Source: an uncultured bacterium (GTDB taxonomy: Bacteria; Patescibacteriota; Minisyncoccia; UBA6257; GWB1-50-10). From it: 64,000 nucleotides of DNA. The translations under genes were made by a program, and so were the position numbers. Under the pieces are notes generated by a model. The model saw only the letters and a program-made list of their open reading frames with translations, did not search any database and was not told the DNA's origin. Location of the stretch: positions 298,466 to 362,465 of the forward strand of contig CAVYJB010000002.1 in the NCBI GenBank assembly GCA_963768835.1, written 5' to 3'. Numbering within the stretch: the stretch's first letter is position 1; every line of letters begins with the position of its first letter. Shown here in pieces: positions 20,702 through 31,192 of the stretch.

Positions 20702-21037
20702 ATGCGGATAACGAACACGACGAACGGGGCGGTCCTTGCGGAGGACGCACGCGAGGCGCGCACGCTGAGCGAAAAGCTGGTCGGCCTGATCGGCACGGAA
20801 GCGCCCCACGCGCTTTTTTTTCGGACGCGGTGGGGAATCCACACGTTCGGGATGCGGTTTCCCATCGACTGCGTGGTGTTCGACCGTCACGGTGTGGTGC
20901 GCGCGCTCCGCGTGGAACTTCTTCCCCGGCGCTTCTTTTCATGGAACCCGTTCTGGGGGCAGGTCCTTGAACTTCCCGCGGGGACCCTCTCACGCACGGG
21001 GACGGAACGCGGGCACCGGCTCGCAGTTGCGCCCTAG
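20702..21037 (+). CDS. DUF192 family protein
   Basis: GIHTFGMRFPIDCVVFD and VLELPAG. Confidence 0.88.
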   Translation: MRITNTTNGAVLAEDAREARTLSEKLVGLIGTEAPHALFFRTRWGIHTFGMRFPIDCVVFDRHGVVRALRVELLPRRFFSWNPFWGQVLELPAGTLSRTGTERGHRLAVAP

Positions 21038-21065
21038 AAATGGTAGAATGGGAAAATAAACCCTT

Positions 21066-21587
21066 ATGAACCTCGAGCGGCAGAGCACCCTCATCATCGG
21101 AATCCTTATTATCTTCGGTATCGGGATTGCCACGTACTTCATCTGGCCGAATAGCGCTCCGACGTCTACCAACCCGAATTCTACCTCCACCGTGTCCACC
21201 CCCAGCGCCAACCAATATCTCTACTCCGACCAGTCCGCCGGCTTTACGGTGACCGACGAGGTCGTGGGTACTGGAGCCGCCGCCACGGAGGGCAAGACCG
21301 TGACCGTGAACTACGTAGGAACCCTCACCGACGGCACGAAGTTCGACAGCAATACCGATCCCAAGTTCGGGCACGTGGAGCCGTTCACCTTTACGCTCGG
21401 AGAAAACAAGGTCATCCAAGGTTGGGAGCAGGGGATTCTGGGCATGCGGGTGGGCGGGAAGCGCCACCTCGTGATTCCTCCCGAGCTCGGCTACGGAGCG
21501 GCGGGGACGCCCGGCGGGCCCATCCCTCCGAACGCGACGCTTATTTTCGAGGTGCAACTCCTGGGAGTCAGTTCCACACAGCCGTAA
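21066..21587 (+). CDS. FKBP-type peptidyl-prolyl isomerase, membrane-anchored
   Basis: [42 protein letters not shown]. Confidence 0.95.
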   Translation: MNLERQSTLIIGILIIFGIGIATYFIWPNSAPTSTNPNSTSTVSTPSANQYLYSDQSAGFTVTDEVVGTGAAATEGKTVTVNYVGTLTDGTKFDSNTDPKFGHVEPFTFTLGENKVIQGWEQGILGMRVGGKRHLVIPPELGYGAAGTPGGPIPPNATLIFEVQLLGVSSTQP

Positions 21588-21591
21588 ACCA

Positions 21592-22800
21592 ATGACGGAT
21601 GCGTGGGTGGTCGCGGTGGACATGGGGTACGGGCACGAGCGCGCGGCCCTTCCGCTCCTCCCGATCGCGCATGGCGGTAAACTCGTTGTCGCGAACAACT
21701 TTCCCGGCATCTCTCGCGAGGACAAGCTGCGGTGGGAAGAGTCGGAGAACTCCTACTACCTTATCTCTCGCGCGAAGGAACGCGGCGGCCTTTTGGGCCG
21801 TCTTTCGTTTGCACTCTTCGACCGCTTCCAGCGCATCCGTCCGCTGCGCCCCGCAAGCGATGAGCGGCGTCCCACCGCACAGCTCCGGGAACTCCATGCG
21901 CTGATCGCGAAAGGATGGGGGAAGGGCCTCATCGAGCATCTCGCGGCCGACCCGCGTCCTCTCGTCACCACCTTCTTCACGGTCGCCCACATGGCGGAGC
22001 ACTGGGGTTACCCCGAGCCCATCTATGTGGTGACCACCGACACCGACATCTCGCGCGCGTGGGCGCCCCTCTACCCCGCGCGGACTCCCACGCATTATTT
22101 CGCTTCCACGGAAGCGGCGGCTCTGCACCTTGAGCGGTACGGCGTCGCACACGAGAACATCCTGCTTACGGGCTTCCCTCTGCCACAGGAGCTCACGCGG
22201 CGTGCCGCGCGCGACTTCGAGCGGCGCACGCGCGCTCTCCGGCCCGCATGGTTGGAGCCCGTGACCATCACGTTCTCCGTGGGCGGTGCGGGGGCTCAGG
22301 CCGCGATCGGCGATGTGCTGAGTGAAACCTTGCGGCCGCTCCTCAAGACCGGCAAGCTCCGGCTTTGTCTTGTCGCGGGCACGAACCGAGACGTGGAACG
22401 GGAATTCCACCGGGCGGTGCATGCCGCGGGGTTCGCCCACCATCTGGAGCGGGAGATCCGCATCTTCGCCGCTCCGACAAAGGAGGAGTACTTCAAGCGG
22501 TTCGATGCGCTCCTTACGGAAACCGATGTTCTCTGGACGAAGCCCTCGGAACTTTCCTTCTATGCGGCTCTCGGTCTCCCTATCCTCATGGCCGAGCCCG
22601 TCGGATCGCAGGAAGAACGGAACCGCGAGTGGCTGCTCCGTTCCGGCGCGGGCATCGATGCGGGAGATCCGCACGAAGCCTACCGCTCCATCGCCGACCG
22701 CATCACGGACGGGACCTTTCTCCGGGCCGCCGAACTCGGCTACCACCGCCTCGAGCGGCAGGGGACCGAGAAAATCCTCAAGGCTCTTCGGGACGCCTGA
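21592..22800 (+). CDS. GT-B fold glycosyltransferase-like protein (MGDG synthase-related)
   Basis: VDMGYGHERAA, VTTDTD, TGFPL, WTKPSELSFY, PVGSQEERN. Confidence 0.7.
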   Translation: MTDAWVVAVDMGYGHERAALPLLPIAHGGKLVVANNFPGISREDKLRWEESENSYYLISRAKERGGLLGRLSFALFDRFQRIRPLRPASDERRPTAQLRELHALIAKGWGKGLIEHLAADPRPLVTTFFTVAHMAEHWGYPEPIYVVTTDTDISRAWAPLYPARTPTHYFASTEAAALHLERYGVAHENILLTGFPLPQELTRRAARDFERRTRALRPAWLEPVTITFSVGGAGAQAAIGDVLSETLRPLLKTGKLRLCLVAGTNRDVEREFHRAVHAAGFAHHLEREIRIFAAPTKEEYFKRFDALLTETDVLWTKPSELSFYAALGLPILMAEPVGSQEERNREWLLRSGAGIDAGDPHEAYRSIADRITDGTFLRAAELGYHRLERQGTEKILKALRDA

Positions 22801-22812
22801 TCCCCCTATCCC

Positions 22813-23754
22813 ATGCTTTGGTTTCTTGCTGCCGTTCTCGCGTATCTTCTCCTTGCCCTAGCCGCGCTCGGGGACAAGGCGCTCCTCGCGGGGCCGCTCC
22901 GGACGCCCGCGACTTACGCGGTCGCCGTGGGAGGGGCCGGGATCCTCGTCCCGCTCCTCACGCCCTTTCTCGGCTTCCCGTTGCCTTCCGGCACCGTCAT
23001 CGCGCTCGCGCTCGCTTCAGGGGCGGCGTTCATCACCGCGCTCCTTCCTTACTACCACGGCATCCAGGCGTTCGAGGTCTCCCGGATGGTGACGGCGACC
23101 GGCGGGCTCGTGCCCATCTTCACGCTGGTGCTCGGCCTCCTTCTTTTGCCGGGCGGGCAGGCGCTCACGCCCGGGAGCGTCCTCGCGCTCGCTCTTCTTA
23201 TCGTCGGGAGCGTCACGATGACCTATGACCGGACGAAGCGCGTGACGCGCAGGAGCTTCGTGCTCGCCACTCTCGCCTCGTTCCTCTTCGCATTCTCCTT
23301 CCTGCTCTTAAAGAGCGCCTATCTCCAGGCGCCGTTCTGGTCCGTGTTCTTCTGGGCGCAGCTCGGCGGCGCCTCGGGAGCCCTCATCCTTCTCGCGCTC
23401 TCCGCCCCCGCGCGGAGCGACGTGGCGGGGTTCCTCAGGGGGCGCCGCGCGCGGGGCGGGCGGCCGCTGCGCACCACGATGCTCTTTCTCCTTACCCAGG
23501 GAAGCGCCGCCGCCGGGTCCATTCTCCAGAGCGCTTCCTTCTATCTCGCGCCGGCTGCCGCCTTCGCGTTCGTGAACGCCCTCCAGGGGACGCAGTACGT
23601 GTTCCTGCTCCTGCTCGCGTCCGCGCTCTCCGCGCGCTACCCGCACGTCTTTCTCGAGATGAACTCCGGAAAGACCCTCGCGCAGAAGATTCTCGGCATT
23701 CTCCTCGTGGTCGCGGGGACGATCCTTCTTGTGGTGGCGCATCCTTCCGCATGA
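22813..23754 (+). CDS. DMT/EamA-like transporter
   Basis: About ten TM segments; DKALL, EVSR, VNALQGTQYVF. Confidence 0.75.
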   Translation: MLWFLAAVLAYLLLALAALGDKALLAGPLRTPATYAVAVGGAGILVPLLTPFLGFPLPSGTVIALALASGAAFITALLPYYHGIQAFEVSRMVTATGGLVPIFTLVLGLLLLPGGQALTPGSVLALALLIVGSVTMTYDRTKRVTRRSFVLATLASFLFAFSFLLLKSAYLQAPFWSVFFWAQLGGASGALILLALSAPARSDVAGFLRGRRARGGRPLRTTMLFLLTQGSAAAGSILQSASFYLAPAAAFAFVNALQGTQYVFLLLLASALSARYPHVFLEMNSGKTLAQKILGILLVVAGTILLVVAHPSA

Positions 23755-24788
23755 AAGAGGAAACAAGCATTCCCAGAAAAAGAGTCTTTATCCGCGTGCT
23801 CCGGTGGGCCGGGTTCGTTCTGCTGGTTCTCGTCGTGGCCCTTCTTCTCTTCTTTTTCGTCGGGCCGGAGATTCCCGCGCCCCACATCGCGTGGGGGGTG
23901 AACTTCTCCGCGATGCAGGCGGAGGGGCTGAAGCTCGACCCGCGCGAGGTGTACAACGCGCTCGTGGAGGACCTCCATGCGCCCCGGATCAAAATTCTCG
24001 CGGACTGGGACCGGCTCGAGCCCTCGCGCGGCACCTTCGCGTTCAACGAACTCGACCAGGAGGTCGCGGAGGCAACCTCGCATGGCACGAAGCTCGTGGT
24101 GGTGCTGGGGATGAAGACCGGCCGCTGGCCGGAGTGCCACATCCCGGGGTGGGCGACGGGGCTCTCCGAAGCGGACCAGCAGGCGGAGGTGATGAAGCTT
24201 CTGGATGCCGCCGTGCCGCACTACGCGACCGCCTCCGCCATTATCGCGTGGCAGGTGGAGAACGAAGCGCTCTTCCCGTTCGGCACGTGCCCCTGGAGCG
24301 ACCAGGCCTTCCTCGCGCGCGAGATCGCGGAGACGAAACGGCTGGATCCCACGCGGCCCGTCGTGGTCACCGATTCCGGCGAGGATTCCCTCTGGTTCAC
24401 GGCCGCGCGCCTCGGCGACATCGTGGGGACCACCCTCTACCGCACCGTCTGGCTCTCGCAGCTTCATCTGTATCTCACCTATCCCTTGCCGCCGACCTAC
24501 TACGGCCGGAAAGCGTGGCTGGAGGAGCTTCTCTTCGGCAAACCCGTCTGGAACGTGGAGCTCCAGGCCGAGCCGTGGGGGCCGACGCTCCTTTACGATT
24601 CGCCGCTCTCCGAACAGCGGAAATCCTTCGATCTGCCGCGCTTCCGCTCGACCGTGGAGTACGCGCGCCGCACCGGCCTCGACACGTTCTACCTCTGGGG
24701 CGGGGAGTGGTGGTACTGGATGAAGGTGAAGCAGAACGACCCCTCCTTCTGGGAGGAGGCGCGTCAGTTGTTCCAGTCCTCAATTTAG
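23751..24788 (+). CDS. Membrane-anchored clan GH-A glycoside hydrolase (GH42/GH5-like)
   Basis: WDRLEP, RWPECH, WQVENE (acid/base), ELQAEPW (nucleophile). Confidence 0.8.
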   Translation: MKEETSIPRKRVFIRVLRWAGFVLLVLVVALLLFFFVGPEIPAPHIAWGVNFSAMQAEGLKLDPREVYNALVEDLHAPRIKILADWDRLEPSRGTFAFNELDQEVAEATSHGTKLVVVLGMKTGRWPECHIPGWATGLSEADQQAEVMKLLDAAVPHYATASAIIAWQVENEALFPFGTCPWSDQAFLAREIAETKRLDPTRPVVVTDSGEDSLWFTAARLGDIVGTTLYRTVWLSQLHLYLTYPLPPTYYGRKAWLEELLFGKPVWNVELQAEPWGPTLLYDSPLSEQRKSFDLPRFRSTVEYARRTGLDTFYLWGGEWWYWMKVKQNDPSFWEEARQLFQSSI

Positions 24789-24801
24789 GTATGATGAAAG
24801 C

Positions 24802-25914
24802 ATGACGTTGCGGATCATTCCGTTCATTCTCCTCGGCGCACTCGTGTTCCTGGGCGCGCATCTGGCGCTCTTCTACTCGGCCGTCGGTCTCTTTTCCATC
24901 ACGGATCAGGGGGTCCGCACGTTCCTTCTTATCCTCACCGCCGTCCTCGCGGTGAGCTTCTTTCTCGCCTCGCTCCTCACGCACTGGACGGACAATCCCT
25001 TCACCCGGACCGTCTATGTCGCCTCCGGCTTCTGGCTGGGGCTCCTCGTGAACCTCCTCCTCGCCTCCGCGATCGTCTGGGTGGCTCTCGGCATCGCGCA
25101 CGCCCTGGGCGGCGGGTTCGACCCCGCGGCTCCCGCCGCGATCCTCTTCGTTCTCGGCGCGGCCTACTCCGTCTACGGCGCGTGGAACGCCGAGCGCCCG
25201 CGCGTGAAGGAGGTCCGCATCGTGATCCCGGGACTCCCGGATTTCTGGAAGGGGAGGCGCATCGTGCATCTTTCGGACGTGCACCTCGGGCACGTCCACC
25301 ACCGTCCCTTCATGGAGGAGGTGGCGCTCCGCACGAACGAGCTCAAGCCCGACCTCCTTCTCATCACGGGCGACCTCTTCGACGGGATGGACGGGAACCT
25401 CAAGACCTTCATCGAGCCTCTGGGGAAGCTCGCGGCTCCGATGGGCATCTACTTCGTGACCGGGAACCACGAGACCTACCTCGGCCTCGACAAGGCGTTC
25501 GCGGTGCTCCGGCAGACTCCGATCCAGATCATCGACGGCGAGGCGCGCGATCTCGCGGGCCTCCAGATCGTGGGCGTGGGCTACGCGCCGAAGCTCGGGA
25601 AGGGGACGCTCCAGAACGCCATCGAGGCCACGCGCGGGTTTGTGAAGGGGAAGCCGACCATCTTTCTCTACCACGTGCCGGAGCGCATCCCGGAGGCCAA
25701 GGCGGCGGGCGTCCACCTCATGCTCTCGGGCCACACGCACCGGGGCCAGCTCTTCCCGTTCGCGCTCCTTACGAAGCTCATCTTCCGCGGCTACGACTAC
25801 GGCCTCCACACGGAGGGGGATTTCTCCATCTATACCTCGACGGGCGTCGGTACCTGGGGCCCGCCGCTGCGGACCGGGAATCACCCGGAGATTGTCGTCA
25901 TCACGCCCCACTAA
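24802..25914 (+). CDS. Membrane metallophosphoesterase (YkuE-like)
   Basis: HLSDVHLG, ITGDLFD, VTGNHE, LSGHTHRGQ. Confidence 0.93.
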   Translation: MTLRIIPFILLGALVFLGAHLALFYSAVGLFSITDQGVRTFLLILTAVLAVSFFLASLLTHWTDNPFTRTVYVASGFWLGLLVNLLLASAIVWVALGIAHALGGGFDPAAPAAILFVLGAAYSVYGAWNAERPRVKEVRIVIPGLPDFWKGRRIVHLSDVHLGHVHHRPFMEEVALRTNELKPDLLLITGDLFDGMDGNLKTFIEPLGKLAAPMGIYFVTGNHETYLGLDKAFAVLRQTPIQIIDGEARDLAGLQIVGVGYAPKLGKGTLQNAIEATRGFVKGKPTIFLYHVPERIPEAKAAGVHLMLSGHTHRGQLFPFALLTKLIFRGYDYGLHTEGDFSIYTSTGVGTWGPPLRTGNHPEIVVITPH

Positions 25915-25932
25915 CGTGGGGCGCGTGATATA

Positions 25933-27252
25933 ATGGAGGCGATGAAAGGTCCGCGCGGGTTCGCAACGCTACCGCTTCTCCTCGTGATTCTCGCGGGGGC
26001 TGTCGTGTTGAGTGCGGTCGGGTACTGGGCCGTGCGGTCGGGGACGTACACAACCTTTCTCTCCCAGGACCTTACACCCCCGCTCGGGAGGAACCGCACA
26101 CCCGCCCTTCCGCAGCCGCTGTCTCCTGCGCCCGTTGCAGATAGTATTAACCAGTTTGCTTTCGATTTTCTTCCTCACATCGACAACCCCGACGTGAACG
26201 TTTTTTTCTCCCCCTACAGTATCGCGATGGCGTTCGCGATGGTGGACGAGGGGGCGAGCGGGACGACGGCGCGTGAAATAGAATCAACCTTTCATTTCCC
26301 GGCTGACGCAGGCGCCAGGCGCAGCGCGTTCCAGGAAAGCTACACTGCCCTCAATCAGCCGAGCAACGCCTACACGCTCCACACCGCGAACGCGCTGTGG
26401 GCGCAAAAGGATTATCTTTTCCGCGGCGACTATCTTACCACGGTCGCCACTTTCTATGGCGGGAAAGCGACTAACCTCGACATCGCGGGCGATCCCGAAG
26501 GAGCAAAGAACACTATCAATGCGTGGGTTGCGGGTCAGACACAGGGCAAGATTACGGATTTAATCGGGTCTCTCGACCGCACGACCCGCCTCGTGATCAC
26601 GAACGCGATCTACTTCAAGGGCAAATGGCTCACCCCGTTCAATCCCGGAGCGACCCACCCGGCGGTTTTCCATGTGAACGCGGGGAAAACCGTGGAAGCT
26701 CAGATGATGTCCGGGGGCGAAGACATCCAAGCCCGCTATCTGGAGAACAGCGATTTGCAGGCGCTCTGGCTCCCCTATGAGGGCAAGGACCTCTCGATGC
26801 TGATCCTCCTCCCGAAGCAGAGCGATCTCCCGGCGCTTGAGCGGTCACTCACGCTGCAAACGCTCGCAAATATTCGGACGAACCTTGCCAGCGAGAGACT
26901 CCAAGAGATTGATATTCCGAAGTTCACAATGCGCACTGACTATTCTCTAAAGAACCCCCTCCAACAGCTCGGGATGACCTCGGCGTTCGATTCTTCGGTA
27001 GCCGACTTCTCCGGGATGACAGGGAACAAGGATTTGTTTGTGGGGGACGCCGTACATAAGGCATACGTCACCGTGGACGAGGAGGGGACCGAGGCGGCTG
27101 CTGCGACGGGAGTGGTTGTGTCGGCGGGCGCCGTTGCTGTCCCCAACCCCAAGATTTTCAATGCCGACCATCCCTTTCTGTTTATGATTCAGCAGAATGC
27201 GACCGGCAACATCCTTTTCCTTGGGAAGGTCGTCGACCCTACTCTTCAATGA
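25933..27252 (+). CDS. Serpin family protein
   Basis: NVFFSPYSI, NAIYFKGKW, hinge VDEEGTEAAAATG, FNADHPFLFMI. Confidence 0.95.
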   Translation: MEAMKGPRGFATLPLLLVILAGAVVLSAVGYWAVRSGTYTTFLSQDLTPPLGRNRTPALPQPLSPAPVADSINQFAFDFLPHIDNPDVNVFFSPYSIAMAFAMVDEGASGTTAREIESTFHFPADAGARRSAFQESYTALNQPSNAYTLHTANALWAQKDYLFRGDYLTTVATFYGGKATNLDIAGDPEGAKNTINAWVAGQTQGKITDLIGSLDRTTRLVITNAIYFKGKWLTPFNPGATHPAVFHVNAGKTVEAQMMSGGEDIQARYLENSDLQALWLPYEGKDLSMLILLPKQSDLPALERSLTLQTLANIRTNLASERLQEIDIPKFTMRTDYSLKNPLQQLGMTSAFDSSVADFSGMTGNKDLFVGDAVHKAYVTVDEEGTEAAAATGVVVSAGAVAVPNPKIFNADHPFLFMIQQNATGNILFLGKVVDPTLQ

Positions 27253-27267
27253 CGGCGGATTTGGCAG

Positions 27268-27298
27268 CCCGCTCCTGCCGACGGGAGCGGTTTTTTTT
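27268..27298 (+). terminator. Intrinsic terminator
   Basis: CCGCTCC-tgccgacg-GGAGCGG followed by a T-run. Confidence 0.7.
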
Positions 27299-27403
27299 CC
27301 GTCATCTGGGCCCGGTACCCCGCACGTTCCCGCCTACGGCGGGAAATAAAAAGCGGCGGCGCTGCATAACGCAGGCCGCCGCCGGGTTCGGCGCACACCG
27401 CCC

Positions 27404-28018
27404 TCAATCGTCGGTCGTCATCGCCGCGCGCTGGCAGACGACGTCGAGGCTCCCGAAGGAGGTGTTCTCACAGAGGAAGCTGATCGCCACGTCCAGGGCA
27501 TCCTTTTTCTCCCTCCCGTCCCTCCCATGGGTCGCCTCTCCGAGTTTGCCCTTGGCGGCCCAGAAGCCCGGGAGAAACCAGATCTCCCAGTACTTTCCGT
27601 CGATGCCGCGGTGCGAGCGCATGCACTGGAAGCCGTAGCTCTCCAGGAGCTCCGTCTGCCGCTTGTACTTCGCAGTGGTGTAGTTGTATCCGCAGAGGCT
27701 CTGAACGAGGAGGCTCGGCGAGTACGGAGGCCAGTGCGCGTGGGTGTCGATGAGCTTTGTCACGAGGCTGTACTCCCGCTGGTCCGAACGGCTCCAATAC
27801 GGCAGCATCTCCGTGTCTTCCGCGGGCGCAGGCAACCTTTCGTGCGTCGGATGAACCTGCAGGCGTCCTTCTACGACGGTCACGTGATAGTGGCCCACCA
27901 TCATGCCTTCGATCTGCGCAAGCTCTTTTTCCGTGAGATTTGAGAGCGTGATCGAGTACTCTCCCAATCCGTGCTTGGAGCTCGAGATTCTGACACCTTT
28001 CGGTTCAGTCTGGTCCAT
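27404..28018 (-). CDS. Hypothetical protein
   Basis: AAGGAGG SD before ATG 28018; no recognised motif. Confidence 0.65.
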   Translation of the reverse strand: MDQTEPKGVRISSSKHGLGEYSITLSNLTEKELAQIEGMMVGHYHVTVVEGRLQVHPTHERLPAPAEDTEMLPYWSRSDQREYSLVTKLIDTHAHWPPYSPSLLVQSLCGYNYTTAKYKRQTELLESYGFQCMRSHRGIDGKYWEIWFLPGFWAAKGKLGEATHGRDGREKKDALDVAISFLCENTSFGSLDVVCQRAAMTTDD

Positions 28019-28138
28019 GGGGACCTCCTTGGGTTTATGACGGATGATATGTGTATGAGGAACTGTCCCCACGCTACCACCCGCCGTGGTATTGCGTCAA
28101 ATAAAATCGGCGCACTCCGATGAGAAGTGCGCCGCGGC

Positions 28139-29938
28139 CTAGGCGGCGTCCCGCTCGGCGCGCTCGGCGCGCGTGCGGTCGTTGCGCGTGAGGTACCGCT
28201 TCCGCAGACGGACATGCGCGGGCGTGACCTCGAGGTACTCGTCCTCGGCCATCACCTCGAGGCCCCGTTCGATCGTGAGCGTGAACGGAGGTTCCAGCTG
28301 GATGGCGTCGTCGTTGCGCGAGGAGCGCACGTTCGTGAGATGCTTGCCCTTCACGGGGTTCGCCTCCATGTCATGTCCCTTCGCGGCATTGCCGATGACC
28401 ATGCCTTCGTAGACCTCGGTGCCCGGGCCGATGTAGAGCATGCCGCGCTCCTGCAGGTTCCAGAGCGAGAAGGCGAGCGCGGTGCCGCTGGCCATCGAGA
28501 CCATCGAGCCCACGGTGCGCCGTTCGATGTCGCCCGCGTGCGGGCGGAAGCCGATGAAGCGGCTGCAGAGGATGCCCTCGCCGCGGGTCTCGATGAGGAA
28601 CTGGTTGCGGTACCCGAGGAGGCCCCGCGTCGGTATCTCGAAGGTCAGCCGCAGGCGGTCGTGCTCGCGGTTCATGTGCATGAGGATGCCCCGCCGCGCC
28701 CCGAGGGTCTGGATGATGCTGCCGGACATGGGCTCCGGAACGTCAATCACCGCCTCCTCGTACGGCTCGAGGACCTTCCCGCCCTCGTGCTTCAGGATGA
28801 CCTGGGGCTGGGAGACCTGGAGCTCATACCCTTCCCTGCGCATGTTCTCCAGCAGGATCCCGATGTGGAGCTCGCCGCGGCCGTACACTTTGAAGGCGTC
28901 GTTCGCGGAGAACTCGATGCGGAGTCCGACGTTCACCTCGAGCTCACGTTCCAGCCGCTCGCGGATCTGGCGCGACGTGACGAACTTGCCGTCGCGGCCC
29001 GCGAGAGGAGAATCGTTGATGCGGAACTCGAGCGCGATGGTGGGCTCGTCGATGGCGATGGCCGGGAGCGCGTCCTGGTCCGGGCCCGCGCAGAGCGTCT
29101 CTCCGATGTCGATGTCGGGCAAGCCCGCGGCGAGCACGATGTCGCCGGCGGGCGCCTTCTCCACTTCCTTCCGCTCGATCCCTTCGAAGGTGAAAAGTTT
29201 CGTGAGTTTCCCCGTCCGGGTGACGCCCGTGTGCGGGTTTTTCACCACGACCGGCTCGCCGGTATAGAGCTCTCCCTCGTAGATGCGGCAGATGGCGAGG
29301 CGGCCGAGGAAATTGTCGTAACCAAGATTAAACGGCTGCGCGCGCAACGGGGCTTTAGTGTCCGAGGGCGCCGGGGGCACGTGGGAGAGGATGGTGTCGA
29401 GGAGGGGCGTGAGGGTCTCCGACTCGTCCGTCGGGTGGAGCTTCGCGATGCCCTTGCGCCCCACGGCGTAGACGACGGGGAACTCGAGCTGCGCGTCGGT
29501 CGCGCCGAGCTCGAGGAAAAGCTCATATACCAGCTCCTTCGATCGCTCGGCGTCCGCGGCCGGCTTGTCCATCTTGTTCAGGACCACGATGGGCCGGATC
29601 CCGAGCTCCAGGGATTTCTTGAGCACGAAGCGCGTCTGCGGCATCGGGCCCTCCTGGGCGTCCACGACGAGCAGCACACAGTCGATGGACCGGAGCACGC
29701 GCTCCACCTCCGAGCCGAAGTCCGCATGGCCGGGCGTATCCACCAGGTTGATCTTGGTTCCCTTATAGAAAATAGAGGCGTTTTTGGAATAAATCGTAAT
29801 CCCACGCTCCCGTTCCAGGGCGTTCGAGTCCATCGTGACGCCCTCGAGCGTCATCCCCGTCTGGCGCATCAAGGCGTCCGTGATGGTCGTCTTGCCGTGG
29901 TCGACGTGGGCGATAATGGCGATGTTGCGGATTTCCAT
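28139..29938 (-). CDS. typA: Translational GTPase TypA/BipA
   Basis: [52 protein letters not shown]. Confidence 0.97.
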   Translation of the reverse strand: MEIRNIAIIAHVDHGKTTITDALMRQTGMTLEGVTMDSNALERERGITIYSKNASIFYKGTKINLVDTPGHADFGSEVERVLRSIDCVLLVVDAQEGPMPQTRFVLKKSLELGIRPIVVLNKMDKPAADAERSKELVYELFLELGATDAQLEFPVVYAVGRKGIAKLHPTDESETLTPLLDTILSHVPPAPSDTKAPLRAQPFNLGYDNFLGRLAICRIYEGELYTGEPVVVKNPHTGVTRTGKLTKLFTFEGIERKEVEKAPAGDIVLAAGLPDIDIGETLCAGPDQDALPAIAIDEPTIALEFRINDSPLAGRDGKFVTSRQIRERLERELEVNVGLRIEFSANDAFKVYGRGELHIGILLENMRREGYELQVSQPQVILKHEGGKVLEPYEEAVIDVPEPMSGSIIQTLGARRGILMHMNREHDRLRLTFEIPTRGLLGYRNQFLIETRGEGILCSRFIGFRPHAGDIERRTVGSMVSMASGTALAFSLWNLQERGMLYIGPGTEVYEGMVIGNAAKGHDMEANPVKGKHLTNVRSSRNDDAIQLEPPFTLTIERGLEVMAEDEYLEVTPAHVRLRKRYLTRNDRTRAERAERDAA

Positions 29939-30314
29939 ATAAATAGGCGCACGGCGGGCCGTGCAGGGTCTATTTAAGCAGTAAATGCCCCCATCGTCAA
30001 AGAGAGATTCCGACTCGGGGGATTGGTGGCGGGAAAAGAGAACCCCCGCAGGTCGGAAAGACCCGCGGGGTATTGACAAACACTCAATCTTCTTATAAAA
30101 GGAATTAACCCTATCCCCAGGCTGCATCGGACGCAGGGATAGGGGCGTCAGTCTGGAAGTCGTTCTAACCCAATGGCTTCGTTTCCCCCTTGACTGGCGC
30201 CCCTGTTCTTGCGTCGGCTATCCCCAGGTGGTCGGCTCTTGACTCTCTACCCTTATATAATACTATATCCCTAAGGCATCTGTTACAGATTCTCTCGCCT
30301 CTCCGGGGAAACGG

Positions 30315-30361
30315 AAGCGGGGGACCTACAGCCTTATGCAAGTTTCCCCGCTTTTTATTTT
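30315..30361 (+). terminator. Terminator-like hairpin in the leader of the 30534 gene
   Basis: AAGCGGGGGAC...GTTTCCCCGCTT followed by a T-rich tail. Confidence 0.5.
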
Positions 30362-30415
30362 AGGAGTACGAGTTAACGTTTCCGTGCATGCGGCGGGGGA
30401 GCAGTGCGCCTACAA

Positions 30416-30461
30416 TTCGGGCCTAAGGAGCTTTATAGCTCTTTAGGCCCGAAGTTTTTTT
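30416..30461 (+). terminator. Second terminator-like hairpin in the leader of the 30534 gene
   Basis: TTCGGGCCTAAGGAGCT-ttat-AGCTCTTTAGGCCCGAA followed by GTTTTTTT. Confidence 0.6.
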
Positions 30462-30533
30462 CCGGTGCAAGCTTGACTGGAAAACGACGGTAGGGGACAA
30501 AGGTCGAACAATGTACAGTACAGAAATATTCTT

Positions 30534-31079
30534 ATGAAGAAAGTTATGTTTGCAGGTGCGGTTATCTCCGTGCTTGCGCTCGGTCTTTCAGCGGTTCCGG
30601 CGTTTGCGTCGTACCACTACCAGCAGTCCGGCAGCACCGTCAGCATCACGAGCTCGAACAGCGCGTTCGTCTCGAATACGGTGAACGGTTCAGCCTCGAC
30701 GGGTGACAACACCGCAAATGGTGGTAACGGCAAGAACGGTGGGGCCGGTGGCCTCGTCGAAACTGGCAATGCCAACGCTGGTGCGTTTGTCTCCAACGTT
30801 GTCAATTCCAACAAGACGACCACCGGTGACTGCCTCTGCAACGGCAAGGTGAAGTCGATCACTGTTAAGAGCACGAACAGCGCGTTCGTCTCGAACACGG
30901 TGACCGGTTCGGCCTCGACGGGCGACAACACCGCGAATGGCGGTAACGGTTCCACCTCCAAGTCCGAACGGGACTCGAAGGGTGGGAACGGTGGTGATGG
31001 CGGACTGATCGAGACTGGCAACGCGGGGACGGGGGCTGGTGTGAGCAATTACATCAACTCGAACGTTACCTCGCTCTAG
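30534..31079 (+). CDS. Secreted Asn/Gly/Ser-rich two-repeat protein
   Basis: Signal peptide (...VPAFA); two copies of NSAFVSNTVxGSASTGDNTANGG...ETGNA...VSNxxNSN. Confidence 0.85.
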   Translation: MKKVMFAGAVISVLALGLSAVPAFASYHYQQSGSTVSITSSNSAFVSNTVNGSASTGDNTANGGNGKNGGAGGLVETGNANAGAFVSNVVNSNKTTTGDCLCNGKVKSITVKSTNSAFVSNTVTGSASTGDNTANGGNGSTSKSERDSKGGNGGDGGLIETGNAGTGAGVSNYINSNVTSL

Positions 31080-31192
31080 TTCCTTGCGGGAGGGAAACGG
31101 GTCTCACGATCCGTCTTCCCCTCCCCAAAGCGCGGGCGACCACCGCGCTTTGGGGAGGGGAGAGAGGGGATGCTCTCCTCCACTACGAATTC

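Noticed and set aside
28127-29977. Long ORFs antisense to real genes (e.g. 616 aa opposite typA, 524 aa opposite the efflux adaptor, 478 aa opposite the phosphoesterase)
   Set aside because: These are shadow ORFs expected in GC-rich coding DNA and show no recognisable motifs.
30296-30330. c-di-AMP (ydaO) riboswitch suggested by GCGGGGGACC
   Set aside because: The downstream conserved elements are not visible, and the segment instead pairs into a terminator-like hairpin.
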